Shown: one piece after another, positions 8,782 through 18,317 of the stretch | Layout of the letters: each line of letters starts with the position of its first letter | Position numbering within the stretch: the first letter of the stretch is position 1 | From: Candidatus Forterrea multitransposorum CG_2015-17_Forterrea_25_41 | GTDB lineage: Archaea > Iainarchaeota > Iainarchaeia > Iainarchaeales > CSSED10-239 | Assembly (NCBI GenBank): GCA_009392915.1 | Contig: CP045477.1 | Span: 96,001-160,000 of the forward strand | Direction of reading: 5' to 3' | DNA: 64,000 bases | Notes under the pieces: generated by a model | The model's input: only the letters and a program-made list of their open reading frames with translations | What the model was told of the DNA's origin: nothing | Databases searched by the model: none | Program-made: the position numbers and the translations under genes

Positions 8782-10524
8782 TTGTTGTTTAGACAACCAA
8801 TAATTACAATAATGGGACACATTGATTCTGGAAAAACAACTTTTCTAGATAAGATCAAGGGTACCGGTATTGCAAAACTAGAAGCTGGTAAAATAACACA
8901 GCATATTGGTGCAACAGAGATATCTTTAGATGTTATTTTAAAAATTTGTTCTCATCTTTTAGAAAAATATAAATTTGAAGTAACTATTCCAGGTTTATTA
9001 TTTATTGATACTCCAGGACATAATGCTTTTGATAATTTAAGAGAGAGAGGTGGATCTTTAGCAGATTTAGTTGTTTTAGTTGTTGATATTAATAAAGGTC
9101 TTCAAGCACAAGATATTGAAACTTTAGAAATATTAAAAATGTATAAAGTTCCATTTATTATTGCTGCAAATAAAATAGATTTAGTTTCAGGATATTTTCA
9201 AGAAGGAAAAGATATCTCTCAAGCTTTAGAAAAACAATCAAAATCAACTGAAGATAAAATAGATGAATTAATCTACAAAATTGTTGGACAGCTTTATGAC
9301 AAAGGTTTTCAAGCTGAAAGGTTTGATAGAATCTCTGACTTTAAAAAACAAATTGCAATTATTCCAACCTCTTGTGAAAAAGAATATGGTTTAACAGAAG
9401 CAATTTTATTTTTATCAGTTCTTTCTCAAAAGTTTTTAGGTCCAAGAATAACACTTGATTCTTCTCAAAAACCACAAGCAACAATCTTAGAGGTTGGAGA
9501 AATAACTGGTATTGGAAAAACAGTTGATGCAATTGTTTATCAAGGAGTTTTAAAAGTAAAAGATAAAGTTTCTTTTCTTTCAAGAGAAGGAGTTATTGAA
9601 ACAAAAATAAAATCTCTTCTTAAATTAAATGTAATGAGTGCAATTAATAAAAAAAGAGATTATAAAAACGTAGATTTTGTATCAGCTGCAAGTGGAGTTA
9701 AAATAGTTGGTCCTGATCTTGATAAATGTATTCCAGGAAGTATTATTGTTTCTTCTGAAGATTTAGATGCTGTTGAAAGATTAAAAGAAAAAACATTAAA
9801 TAGTTTTGTATCATCAGATATTGATGGTGCTTTTCTAAAAACAGATACTTTAGGATCTTTAGAAGCATTAATTAAACTTCTTACAAAAAATAAAATTCCA
9901 ATTGCAAAAGCAGATATTGGTCCTATTACACAAAAAGATATTTTAGAGATAAAAGTTTTAAATCAAAGAGATAAGAAAAAAGGAGTTTTGTTTTTATTTA
10001 ATGCAAATATTTCAAAAGATTTTTTAGAAGATTTAAATAAAGAAAAAATTCCAGTTTTTAAAAATAATATAATCTATAAACTTATAGAAGAACATGCCGA
10101 TTGGCTTTTAAAAGAAAACAAAATTGAAAAAGATAGTTTACTTAAGGAAATTATTTTTCCTTGTGAAATTAAAGTTTTAAAAAACCATATATTCAGAACT
10201 AGTAAACCTGCAATTGTTGGAGTTAAAGTTGTTGCAGGAAAATTAACTCCTGGTTCAAGAGTATTATTAAATGATAAAGAAATTGGAGTTGTTGAAGGAA
10301 TTCAAGCTGAAGGAAAATCTTTAGATATTTTAGAAAGAGGTTCTGAAGCTGCAATTTCAATTAAACATGCAGTATATTTAAAAGATTTTAAAGAGGAAGA
10401 TGTTTTTTCAGTATATGTTCCTGATTCCTCTATTAAAAAACTTGAACAAATGATAGATGATCTTACAAATGAAGAACAAGAAATGTTATATAAAATTAAA
10501 TCAAAAAGAATTAATGTAAATTAA
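8782..10524 (+). CDS. infB: translation initiation factor aIF5B (IF2-type GTPase)
   Basis: RQPIITIMGHIDSGKTT (G1), DTPGH (G3), NKID (G4). 580 aa, TTG start preceded by AGGTGG. Confidence 0.9.
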   Translation: MLFRQPIITIMGHIDSGKTTFLDKIKGTGIAKLEAGKITQHIGATEISLDVILKICSHLLEKYKFEVTIPGLLFIDTPGHNAFDNLRERGGSLADLVVLVVDINKGLQAQDIETLEILKMYKVPFIIAANKIDLVSGYFQEGKDISQALEKQSKSTEDKIDELIYKIVGQLYDKGFQAERFDRISDFKKQIAIIPTSCEKEYGLTEAILFLSVLSQKFLGPRITLDSSQKPQATILEVGEITGIGKTVDAIVYQGVLKVKDKVSFLSREGVIETKIKSLLKLNVMSAINKKRDYKNVDFVSAASGVKIVGPDLDKCIPGSIIVSSEDLDAVERLKEKTLNSFVSSDIDGAFLKTDTLGSLEALIKLLTKNKIPIAKADIGPITQKDILEIKVLNQRDKKKGVLFLFNANISKDFLEDLNKEKIPVFKNNIIYKLIEEHADWLLKENKIEKDSLLKEIIFPCEIKVLKNHIFRTSKPAIVGVKVVAGKLTPGSRVLLNDKEIGVVEGIQAEGKSLDILERGSEAAISIKHAVYLKDFKEEDVFSVYVPDSSIKKLEQMIDDLTNEEQEMLYKIKSKRINVN

Positions 10525-10546
10525 AATAAACTGAGGTGTTTTGAAA

Positions 10547-10930
10547 ATGAAATTAAATATTGCAGACCCAAAAAAAGCAAAAACATATTCCATAGAAGCA
10601 GATGAAAAAAATAGTCTTTACTTTGTTGGAAAAAAATTAAAAGATGAAGTTGATTTATCTTTCATTGCAGCAGGACTTAAAGGAGTAATTACTGGTGGTT
10701 CTGATAAAGATGGTTTTCCAATGCACGGAGCACTCGATTCAGAAAATAGAAAAAAATTATTATTATCTGGTGGAGTTGGATTTAAACCTACAAGAAAAGG
10801 TGAAAGAAGAAGAAAAAGAGTTGCTGGAAGAATAATTACAACACACATTCAACAAATAAATATTAAAGTAACTGCAGGAGATTCAGCAGTTTTAGAAGAA
10901 AAACATACAAAAAAAGATGAAAAAAAATAA
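10547..10930 (+). CDS. rps6e: 30S ribosomal protein S6e
   Basis: MKLNIADPKK..GGSDKDGFPM..GERRRK.V.G pattern of S6e. SD GAGGTG at 10533-10538 favours ATG 10547 over the track start TTG 10541. Confidence 0.85.
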   Translation: MKLNIADPKKAKTYSIEADEKNSLYFVGKKLKDEVDLSFIAAGLKGVITGGSDKDGFPMHGALDSENRKKLLLSGGVGFKPTRKGERRRKRVAGRIITTHIQQINIKVTAGDSAVLEEKHTKKDEKK

Positions 10931-10957
10931 AAGGATAAAATAAGTAGGTATTAATAT

Positions 10958-12163
10958 ATGAATAATGAAATTCAAGCAGAACTAAATATAGGGATTGTAG
11001 GACACGTTGATCACGGAAAAACAACATTAACTTCAAAGCTAACCGGTAAATGGACAGATAGACATTCTGAAGAAATAAAACAAGGAATTTCTATTAAATT
11101 AGGTTATGCAGACGCAGAGTTCTATATTGATCCATCAGTTTCTGGAATTTCAAGCTATACCTCTCAAAAAACACATCCTTTGACAGGAAATAAAACAGAG
11201 TTGGTTAGAAAAGTGTCATTTGTTGATGCTCCTGGCCACGAAACCTTAATGGCAGTTATGCTCTCTGGAGCTGCATTATTAAATGGTGCAATTTTAGTTG
11301 TTGCTGCAAATGAAGAATGTCCTCAACCAAGAACTATTGAACATCTTTTAGCACTTAAGATGCATGGTATTAAAAATTTAGTTGTTGCTCAAAATAAAAT
11401 AGATTTAGTTTCAAAAGAAGAAGCTCTTTTAAATTATAAAAAACTAAGAGAGTTTTTAGATTCTGAAGGTTATAAGGATTCTCCAATTATTCCAACTTCT
11501 GCTCATTTTGATACAAATATCGATGCTTTAATTTATGCAATTGTAAACACTATTGAAAAACCTTCAATTGAAAAATTATCCTCTAAACCTTTAAAGATGC
11601 AGATTGTAAGATCTTTTGATATTAATAAACCTTCAACAAAATTAAAAGAACTTAAAGGTGGAGTTTTAGGTGGAGCTATTTTAGAAGGTAAAATCTCAGT
11701 TAATGAAAAATGTTTTATTTATCCTGGTTTTGAAAATGGTCCAATTGAGTTTAAAGTTAAATCTTTAAATTCTGAAAAGATTTCTCTTAAAGAAGCACAT
11801 TTAGGTGGACTTATAGCAATTGGAACTGATTTAGATCCTTTCTTTTGTTTTTCAGATAAAATGGTTGGTCAGATTGTTTGTGAAGAAAAATCAAAACCTA
11901 CTCTTTCAAATATTATTAAGATTGATTATAATAAAATAGAAAGATTAATTGAGCCAAATCAATCAGAATTTAAGATTGGAGAAAGAGTTGTTTTAGTTAT
12001 AGGATCTTCTGCTCAAGTAGGAGTTATTAAAAAAATAAATAAAAATAATGAATTTGAAATAATGCTTGCAAGAAATGCAGCTTTTTATCCAAAAAATAAA
12101 GTTGCAGTAAGCAGAAATGTTAATAGTAGATGGAGACTTGCAGGATATGGGGAGATTAAATAA
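10958..12163 (+). CDS. eif2g: translation initiation factor aIF2 gamma subunit (zinc knuckle cysteines absent)
   Basis: NIGIVGHVDHGKTTL, DAPGHE, QNKIDL GTPase motifs. Collinear by eye with remembered aIF2gamma sequences. The segment between G1 and G3 has no Cys. Confidence 0.9.
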   Translation: MNNEIQAELNIGIVGHVDHGKTTLTSKLTGKWTDRHSEEIKQGISIKLGYADAEFYIDPSVSGISSYTSQKTHPLTGNKTELVRKVSFVDAPGHETLMAVMLSGAALLNGAILVVAANEECPQPRTIEHLLALKMHGIKNLVVAQNKIDLVSKEEALLNYKKLREFLDSEGYKDSPIIPTSAHFDTNIDALIYAIVNTIEKPSIEKLSSKPLKMQIVRSFDINKPSTKLKELKGGVLGGAILEGKISVNEKCFIYPGFENGPIEFKVKSLNSEKISLKEAHLGGLIAIGTDLDPFFCFSDKMVGQIVCEEKSKPTLSNIIKIDYNKIERLIEPNQSEFKIGERVVLVIGSSAQVGVIKKINKNNEFEIMLARNAAFYPKNKVAVSRNVNSRWRLAGYGEIK

Positions 12164-12554
12164 TGTTTTGATTGATACTAATGTATTAATCTATATGTAT
12201 GAAAACAAAAAAGATATCTTTGATTATGTTACAGTTTTAATCCCTGATCCTAAGTTTTTTATTTTAGATAAAGTTTTTGATGAACTTTCAAAAGTTTATA
12301 AAGCTAAACCAAATAAATTTTTAGGTATTAAAAGATATTTAGAAAAATTAAAAGAAATAAATAAGTTTGAAATTATTGAAGTTGGAGAAGATGTTTTAAG
12401 TCTTAGTGTTAAATTTACAAAAATAGATAACTTATTAATATATTACAGTAATAAATATTTAGTATATACAAATGATAAAATATTAAAAGATAAAATTAAA
12501 AAAAAAGGAAATAGAGTTTTAACTTTAAAAAATAATGGTGTTTTATTAATTTAA
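12147..12554 (+). CDS. PIN-domain nuclease (Fcf1/Utp24-like, COG1412-type) of the aIF2gamma-PIN-Rpo7 cluster
   Basis: VLIDTNVLIY start of a PIN fold and later ..YTNDK.L acidic site. Sits in the conserved position between aIF2gamma and rpoE. Likely start ATG 12147, overlapping the aIF2gamma stop (track start 12117). Confidence 0.7.
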   Translation: MGRLNNVLIDTNVLIYMYENKKDIFDYVTVLIPDPKFFILDKVFDELSKVYKAKPNKFLGIKRYLEKLKEINKFEIIEVGEDVLSLSVKFTKIDNLLIYYSNKYLVYTNDKILKDKIKKKGNRVLTLKNNGVLLI

Positions 12555-12583
12555 AAAAAAATATAAAAAGAGGAAGATTTTAT

Positions 12584-13213
12584 ATGGGTTATAAAAAATT
12601 TGATGTAGAAGGAATCGTTTCAGTATCTCCTTTAAATTTATCTGGAGAATTAAAAGATATTTTAAAAGAACAATTATCAATTAACTATGATGGTGTTATT
12701 GATAAAGACATAGGTCTTATAATTGCAATAACAGATGTTTTAGATCATAGTGAAGGAGAAATTATTCCTGGAGATTCAGATGTTTTCTTTAAAGTTAAAT
12801 TTAGAGTAATAAGTTTTCTTCCTAAATTACATGAAGTTATTAGAGGTAGAGTTACACAAGCAACTGATTTTGGTGCTTTCATAAATATTGGCCCTTTTGA
12901 AGGTTTATGTCACGTATCTCAAGTAATGCCAGATTTTAATTCTTATAACCCTGAACTTCCTGGTTTCTTTGCAAAAGAAAGTAAAAAAACATTAGTGGTT
13001 GAAGATAAAGTTTTAACTAGAATTTCAAACATTAGTTTTAAGAAAACAATTGCTGAAACAAAAATTGGTCTTACAATGAGACAAACAGGTCTTGGTAAAG
13101 AAGAATGGATTGCAATTGATGCAAAGGCTGAGAAGAAAACTACTAAAAAAACATCTAAAAAAGATGATACTAAAGAAAAAAAGACCACAACTAAAAAAGG
13201 TGGTAAAAAATGA
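12584..13213 (+). CDS. rpoE: RNA polymerase subunit E prime (Rpo7) with S1 domain and K/T-rich tail
   Basis: N-terminal Rpb7-like fold followed by the S1 motif GRVTQATDFGAFINIGPFEGLCHVSQV. Tail is KKTTKKTSKKDDTKEKKTTTKKGGKK. Confidence 0.9.
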   Translation: MGYKKFDVEGIVSVSPLNLSGELKDILKEQLSINYDGVIDKDIGLIIAITDVLDHSEGEIIPGDSDVFFKVKFRVISFLPKLHEVIRGRVTQATDFGAFINIGPFEGLCHVSQVMPDFNSYNPELPGFFAKESKKTLVVEDKVLTRISNISFKKTIAETKIGLTMRQTGLGKEEWIAIDAKAEKKTTKKTSKKDDTKEKKTTTKKGGKK

Positions 13214-13434
13214 ATAAAAAAGCATGTAGAAAGTGTAGAAAAATTATAGAAGAAGTTGAAGTTAATGAAAAAGGAAAAGAAGAATCTGTAAAGGTTTGTC
13301 CTGTATGTGAAAGTACAAATTTCACAACTTTTTGGAAAGGTTCTGCACTTGTTGTAAATCCTGAAAAATCAGAAATTGGTAAGGCAATGGATGTAACAGT
13401 TCCTGGAAAATATGCCTTAAGATTAAGTAGGTGA
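13210..13434 (+). CDS. spt4: transcription elongation factor Spt4 (RpoE double-prime)
   Basis: 74 aa, CRKCRK...CPVCES zinc ribbon. 4-nt overlap (ATGA) with rpoE, the conserved gene order. Confidence 0.85.
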   Translation: MNKKACRKCRKIIEEVEVNEKGKEESVKVCPVCESTNFTTFWKGSALVVNPEKSEIGKAMDVTVPGKYALRLSR

Positions 13435-13437
13435 TTT

Positions 13438-13462
13438 ATAAGTATTATTATACTTATTTTTT
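13438..13462 (+). terminator. hairpin plus T6 after spt4
   Basis: ATAAGTAT (13438-13445) / ATACTTAT (13450-13457) perfect 8-bp stem with 4-nt loop, followed by a T-run. Confidence 0.4.
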
Positions 13463-13570
13463 AAGAATGGATTTTACGAAAGTAAAGTCTTAAATTTTTC
13501 TTGAAAATTAGTTTTTTTAAGGAAAATAAAAATCTCTCTCAAAGATTTTAGAAATATAAGGTGAAAATTA

Positions 13571-13981
13571 ATGGAAATAGAATTTGAAAAATCAAGAAAT
13601 GAACTTTTAAATAGAACAAATGTTTTTGTAAAAATAAGAAGTGTTAAAACACCAAGTAAAAAAGAACTTCAAACAAAAGTTGCTTCTGTTCTTGCGTGTG
13701 ATCAAGCATTAGTTGTTGTTGATAAAATTTCTCAAGAATTTGGATCTAAAATTTCAAATGCATATGTTAAGGTTTATGATTCTTTAGAAGTTTTAAAAAA
13801 AATAGAACTTGAACATAATATTAGAGATCTTTTAAAAGAAGAAAAAGAAAAAGAAGATGCTCTTAAGGCTGAAAGAAAAGCAAAAAAAGAAGCTGCAAAA
13901 AAACCAGCTGAACCTGAAAAAGAAGAAGCTGAAAAAGAAGAAGCTGAAGAAAAGTCTCAGGAAGAAGTTAAAGAAGAGTAG
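13571..13981 (+). CDS. rps24e: 30S ribosomal protein S24e with K/E-rich C-terminal extension
   Basis: NELLNR..V.V....KTPSKKEL..KVA pattern of S24e. Sits upstream of S27ae as in other archaea. SD AGGTGA. Roughly 50-aa EKEE/KKEA tail. Confidence 0.8.
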   Translation: MEIEFEKSRNELLNRTNVFVKIRSVKTPSKKELQTKVASVLACDQALVVVDKISQEFGSKISNAYVKVYDSLEVLKKIELEHNIRDLLKEEKEKEDALKAERKAKKEAAKKPAEPEKEEAEKEEAEEKSQEEVKEE

Positions 13982-14033
13982 TTTTTAAACAAAAACTAAT
14001 TTTTAAAAAATTGGAAAATTAAGGTGAAAAATT

Positions 14034-14261
14034 ATGGCTAAAAAGAAAGGAGCTAATTCAGTTAAGAAAGGTAAGAAAGCTCATAAGAAAACTGTAAGAG
14101 TTAAAGTGAATAAATTTTATGAAGTTTCTGGCGCAAGTGTTACAAGAAAAGGAAAAGATTGTCCTAAATGTGGTACTGGTGTAAAGATGGGTTCTCACAA
14201 AACAAAAGATGGTCAAGTAAGATATGCTTGCGGTAAATGTGGGACAACAGTTTGGGAATAG
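14034..14261 (+). CDS. rps27ae: 30S ribosomal protein S27ae
   Basis: CPKCGTGVKMGSH....YACGKCG zinc ribbon, basic N-terminus. SD AGGTGA. Confidence 0.85.
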   Translation: MAKKKGANSVKKGKKAHKKTVRVKVNKFYEVSGASVTRKGKDCPKCGTGVKMGSHKTKDGQVRYACGKCGTTVWE

Positions 14262-14375
14262 TTTTATTTTAAATAAATGTGATTTAATATTTTCTATATA
14301 TTAGATCTCTTTTTATTTTTATTTCCTATTTATTTTTTATTTTTTGAAAATAGAAAAATTAAATTTAAAGAGATT

Positions 14376-14816
14376 TTGTCTAATTTTGGTGTTAAAAAAA
14401 TCTCTTTTAAATATTTTATAAAACATACTTTTATTGTTTTTTTTATTTTGTTATTTATAAGTATGTTTATTAATCTAGTATTTATTTTATTTGGTTTTAC
14501 AGATTTAGGTCTTGTTACTGAAAAAATAAAAACTCTTTCTCCATTTTTTATAGTTTATTTATTAGTTATTAGAGTTTTTTTAGAAGAATGGTTTTTTAGA
14601 GGTTTTTTAGTTTATAAAACAGGTATTTTATTTTCTGCATTTCTATTTGCTGCAGGACATTATGGGTATGGGTCTATTGTTGAAGTAGTGGGTGCTTTTA
14701 TATTAGGTTTAGTTTTAGCTTTCTATTATAAAAAAATAAATAATATTTATCCTCTTTATGCTGCGCATTTTCTATATAACTTAATGGTTATTTTAGTTAC
14801 TTTTTTTACAATTTAA
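14376..14816 (+). CDS. CPBP-family intramembrane glutamic endopeptidase (CAAX protease-like)
   Basis: Polytopic membrane protein with EEWFFRGFL, ..AAGHYGYG and HFLYN motifs (PF02517 pattern EExxxR / H / HxxxN). TTG start. Confidence 0.8.
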   Translation: MSNFGVKKISFKYFIKHTFIVFFILLFISMFINLVFILFGFTDLGLVTEKIKTLSPFFIVYLLVIRVFLEEWFFRGFLVYKTGILFSAFLFAAGHYGYGSIVEVVGAFILGLVLAFYYKKINNIYPLYAAHFLYNLMVILVTFFTI

Positions 14817-15180
14817 TTTTAATTAACAATAGTTAATTAATTATATTTTTTAAAAATTAATTTAAAGAAAAGAATAGTGGTATAGTTTAATTTATTAATG
14901 TGTAATATTTTGTATATCTATTTTAGTATTATATATATATAGTTTATGTTCTATTCTTATATTGGATTGAAAAAGCTATTCTTTATAGAGATGATAGAAG
15001 AGCTTTTGTGAGTATTATGAGTATGACAATACAACACAAATCCGATAGTTAGGAGGAGCTAAACTCAACGTGTTTAAACGGAAAAAAAATTAAGGTGTGC
15101 TCCCCTATCTTTAACATTTACTATTTTTATTATTTTCTAATATTATTTTTTCAAATTCTATTTTTTTAAGTAAATCGTAA

Positions 15181-15231
15181 TTTATAAATAATTTTTTAAT
15201 AAGTAACCTAAGTAACAATGTTACATAGGTT
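15181..15231 (+). promoter_or_regulatory. TATA box plus 27-bp near-perfect palindrome (putative PadR operator)
   Basis: TTTATAAATA at 15181-15190. AACCTAAGTAACA-A-TGTTACATAGGTT at 15205-15231 (12/13 arm match) lies where transcription would start, 31 nt before the padR ATG. The centre contains ATGT/ACAT. Confidence 0.55.
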
Positions 15232-15261
15232 TATATTCTTTTTGTTATATGTATTCTTATA

Positions 15262-15624
15262 ATGGTTACAATAAAAAATATGGCTGATAATCCTGAAAAG
15301 ATATGGTTGCAATTTCTTATATTGAGATTGATTTATGAAAATCCAACTTATGGTTATAAGTTAATTAAAGATATTAATAAAATAAGTAATGGAAAATATA
15401 TTGTTAAATCAGGTACTATGTATACTACACTTAGACGAATGGAAAAAAATAAATTACTAAATTCTATTTGGGAAAAAAATGAGTCTGGTCCTAGTAGTAG
15501 AATTTATAATCTAACTATAAAAGGTAAAATGAAACTTAAAAATTTACTTAAAATGGTTGTTGAAAGAAAAAAAATAATAGATCAGTTAATTAAATTTTAT
15601 GAAAAAGAATTTAAAGAACAATAA
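15262..15624 (+). CDS. PadR-family transcriptional regulator
   Basis: ..LRLIYENPTYGYKLIKDINK...VKSGTMYTTLRRMEKNKLL matches the PadR wHTH (PF03551). Confidence 0.8.
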   Translation: MVTIKNMADNPEKIWLQFLILRLIYENPTYGYKLIKDINKISNGKYIVKSGTMYTTLRRMEKNKLLNSIWEKNESGPSSRIYNLTIKGKMKLKNLLKMVVERKKIIDQLIKFYEKEFKEQ

Positions 15625-15648
15625 ATATAATGTAAATTAAGATTATTT

Positions 15649-15873
15649 ATGAAAATAAAATTACATCAAATATTACTTTGGATTACAATAATTTCTTTAA
15701 TAGTTTTAGTTATATCTACTGTGCCTTTATTAGTTAGTTATTTAAAAAATCTAGATGTTAAATTTCCAATGTTTGTAACTATTCATGTTTGGTCTGGTAT
15801 TATACTATTAGTGGTTGTATTATTAAGAGTTTTTATTAATCGTAAAAAATTAAAGATAATGCTTACTAATTAG
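15649..15873 (+). CDS. small two-TM membrane protein
   Basis: 74 aa with two hydrophobic helices (..HVWSGIILLVVVLL..). Tightly spaced in the PadR operon. No family recognised. Confidence 0.4.
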   Translation: MKIKLHQILLWITIISLIVLVISTVPLLVSYLKNLDVKFPMFVTIHVWSGIILLVVVLLRVFINRKKLKIMLTN

Positions 15874-15897
15874 TTATTTTAAAAATTAAGGAGTTAA

Positions 15898-17103
15898 TTG
15901 ATTAATATGTTTTCAAAAAAAATTATTTTAGTATCTGTTTTATTTTTACTTACATCTTTATTTTCGGGGTTGATTTTCTCTGAAAGATATATAGATAGTT
16001 CTTATGTTCAAGTTATTGCTCAAGAAGTAAGTCCTGAACCAGTAGAGCCTGGTCAAGATTTTTTACTAAAAGTTAGAGTTCATAATTTTGGAACAGTGGA
16101 TGCTAAAAATGTAAAAATTAATCTTGATTTAAATTATCCTTTTTATTTAAAAAATACAAGTGAGTCTTATATTGACTTTAATTCGATTTGTTCTAATTGT
16201 TCTGCAGAAAATACATATTATTTTACAGTTTCAAGTTCTGCAGTTTCAGGGATATATCCAATACATTTTAATATATCTGAAATAAATAATGAAACTGTTT
16301 CTTTTAAACCTCAAATAATAGATATTTCCATATTAGGTAAACCTGATTTAGTTTTAGAAACCATAAAAGTAGATCAAAATATTTCTGCCGGAGATATATT
16401 TAATATTAAATTTTTATTAAGGAATATAGGTACTGGGAATTCTAGAAATATAAAAATAATTCCTAATTCTGATGATTTTATGCTTATTGGGACAAATACT
16501 AAATGGTTTGAAGAATTAGGTCCCAATAAAGAAATTATTTTTGATTTAAATTTTATTTCAAACAAAGATTTAATTTCAAATAGTTATATTTTTCCTATAG
16601 ATCTTGAATTTTTAGGAGAAAAACAAAATTTTTATACCTCTTCATATAATATTGGAATTAATCTTTTAGGAAAAGCAGATTTATCTTTACAAAATTTAAA
16701 AATTACTCCTTTAAACCCTTCTTTAAAAGATTTAATTAATTTTGAAGGAATTATTGAAAATATAGGAAATGGAAAAGCAAATAATGTTTCTTTAGAATTA
16801 TTTGTTTCAAATGATGAGAATTATAAATATTATATTGGTCAATTAAATAAAGATGATGATGCTCCTTTTTATTTTAATGAAATTAAATTTAATTCTGTTG
16901 GAAATAATAAAGTAAATTTGATTGTAAATTATGATGATGATTACGGTAATTATAAAATAGAAATTCCTTTAAATCAAAATATAAATAAATCTAATAATTT
17001 ATCTTTATTTTTTATAGTTTTATTTTTATTTTTGGTTTTATTTTTTAGTTTGTATTTATTAAAAAATAATAAACACAATAAAAATAAAAAAATAAAGAAT
17101 TGA
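15898..17103 (+). CDS. surface protein with repeated CARDB/COG1361-like domains, C-terminal TM anchor
   Basis: Signal peptide. Repeated ~100-aa modules with V.P..PG..F.L.V...N.G...A.NV (e.g. EPVEPGQDFLLKVRVHNFGTVDAKNVKINL; NISAGDIFNIKFLLRNIGTGNSRNIKI; LINFEGIIENIGNGKANNVSLEL). C-terminal TM plus KNNKHNKNKKIKN tail. Confidence 0.6.
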   Translation: MINMFSKKIILVSVLFLLTSLFSGLIFSERYIDSSYVQVIAQEVSPEPVEPGQDFLLKVRVHNFGTVDAKNVKINLDLNYPFYLKNTSESYIDFNSICSNCSAENTYYFTVSSSAVSGIYPIHFNISEINNETVSFKPQIIDISILGKPDLVLETIKVDQNISAGDIFNIKFLLRNIGTGNSRNIKIIPNSDDFMLIGTNTKWFEELGPNKEIIFDLNFISNKDLISNSYIFPIDLEFLGEKQNFYTSSYNIGINLLGKADLSLQNLKITPLNPSLKDLINFEGIIENIGNGKANNVSLELFVSNDENYKYYIGQLNKDDDAPFYFNEIKFNSVGNNKVNLIVNYDDDYGNYKIEIPLNQNINKSNNLSLFFIVLFLFLVLFFSLYLLKNNKHNKNKKIKN

Positions 17104-17114
17104 TTTAGATTTAT

Positions 17115-18314
17115 ATGAATAAAAAAGATATTAAGCTAATGTTTTTTTTAGCTTATAAAAATATAATTAAAAGTAAATCTACTTTTATTGTAATTGTAGC
17201 TGTAATGGCTATGAGTTTTTTGTCAATAACTTTTTTTTCTGCAATTATTGATGGGTTAAGTTATGAATTTGAAGAGTCGATGATTGATGGTCAAACAGGG
17301 CATTTAATGATCGAACCATCTAATGAAGAAAGTTTTATATTTAATTCTGATAGATTAGAAAAAAATATTTCTAAAATTCCAGGAGTAATTGGTGTTTCTT
17401 CAAGATTAGAATCAAATATTTTAATTACTTATAAAAATGAAGAGCTAGGGGCACCTGTTTTCTTTATTGATCCTATTGATGAACAAAAAGTATCTAATTT
17501 TCATGAAAGTTTAATAGAAGGTAGTTTTCTTTCATATAAAGATACATCTGAAATTATTATTGGTTCTGATTTACTAGAACAGTATGCGCCTATAGATGAT
17601 ACTAAGAAAAGGTTTAATCTTAGAATAGGGGATAATATTATTTTAACTTTTAATAATGGTTATAAAAAAGAATATAAAATCAAAGGTATTTTTAAAACAG
17701 GTTCTAAGTTTAATGATGATAAAATTTTAATTAATAAAGAAGAATATTTTTCAATATTTAATAAAGAAGATATTTCTCATAAAATACTTGTTAAACTTCC
17801 TTCAAGAGGTCTTGAAAAAGAATATATTCAAAAGATAGAAGCTTTAGGAATAATTGAACAGATTAACCCTTGGGAAACTAAGATTGGTATGATTAAACAA
17901 TTTGTAGGAAGTCTTCAAATTACAAATCAGATAACTGGTTTTATAGGTTTATTAACTGCATTTGCAACAATTTACATAATTATTTTTATAAATGTAACTA
18001 ATAAAAGAAAGCAGATAGGTATATTAAAAGCTATAGGTATAAAAAAAAAAATTATTCTTGGATCATATATTATTCAATCTTTTATTTATGGTTTTGTAGG
18101 TGTTATTTTTGGAAATATTATTATGCAAATTTTGTTGGCTTTACTTGCAAGTTATCCATTATCTATGCCTATTGGGGATGTAGTTCCATTACTAACAATA
18201 GGTAAATTATTAACTACCTCTTTTATTTTAATTTTAGCCTCTATTGTTGCAGGTTTTTTCCCTTCTAGAAAAGCTTCTAATGATAATATCTTAGATGCTA
18301 TATTTGGAGGATAG
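17115..18314 (+). CDS. ABC transporter permease, FtsX/MacB-type with large extracytoplasmic domain
   Basis: TM1, ~230-aa loop, then a 3-TM FtsX domain (..KRKQIGILKAIGIKK..). Immediately followed by a MacB/LolD-type ATPase. Confidence 0.85.
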   Translation: MNKKDIKLMFFLAYKNIIKSKSTFIVIVAVMAMSFLSITFFSAIIDGLSYEFEESMIDGQTGHLMIEPSNEESFIFNSDRLEKNISKIPGVIGVSSRLESNILITYKNEELGAPVFFIDPIDEQKVSNFHESLIEGSFLSYKDTSEIIIGSDLLEQYAPIDDTKKRFNLRIGDNIILTFNNGYKKEYKIKGIFKTGSKFNDDKILINKEEYFSIFNKEDISHKILVKLPSRGLEKEYIQKIEALGIIEQINPWETKIGMIKQFVGSLQITNQITGFIGLLTAFATIYIIIFINVTNKRKQIGILKAIGIKKKIILGSYIIQSFIYGFVGVIFGNIIMQILLALLASYPLSMPIGDVVPLLTIGKLLTTSFILILASIVAGFFPSRKASNDNILDAIFGG

Positions 18315-18317
18315 ATT

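Noticed and set aside
12943-13225. Minus-strand ORFs of 81 and 66 aa opposite the Rpo7 C-terminus
   Set aside because: They are shadows of the K/T-rich tail (FFS/LVV-rich), and rpoE/spt4 occupy the locus in the conserved order.
14985-15040. Possible C/D-box sRNA (GATGATAG, TGAGTATGA) in the long intergenic gap
   Set aside because: The boxes deviate from RUGAUGA, and no CUGA D box lies at the right spacing. No terminal stem or K-turn arrangement is visible.
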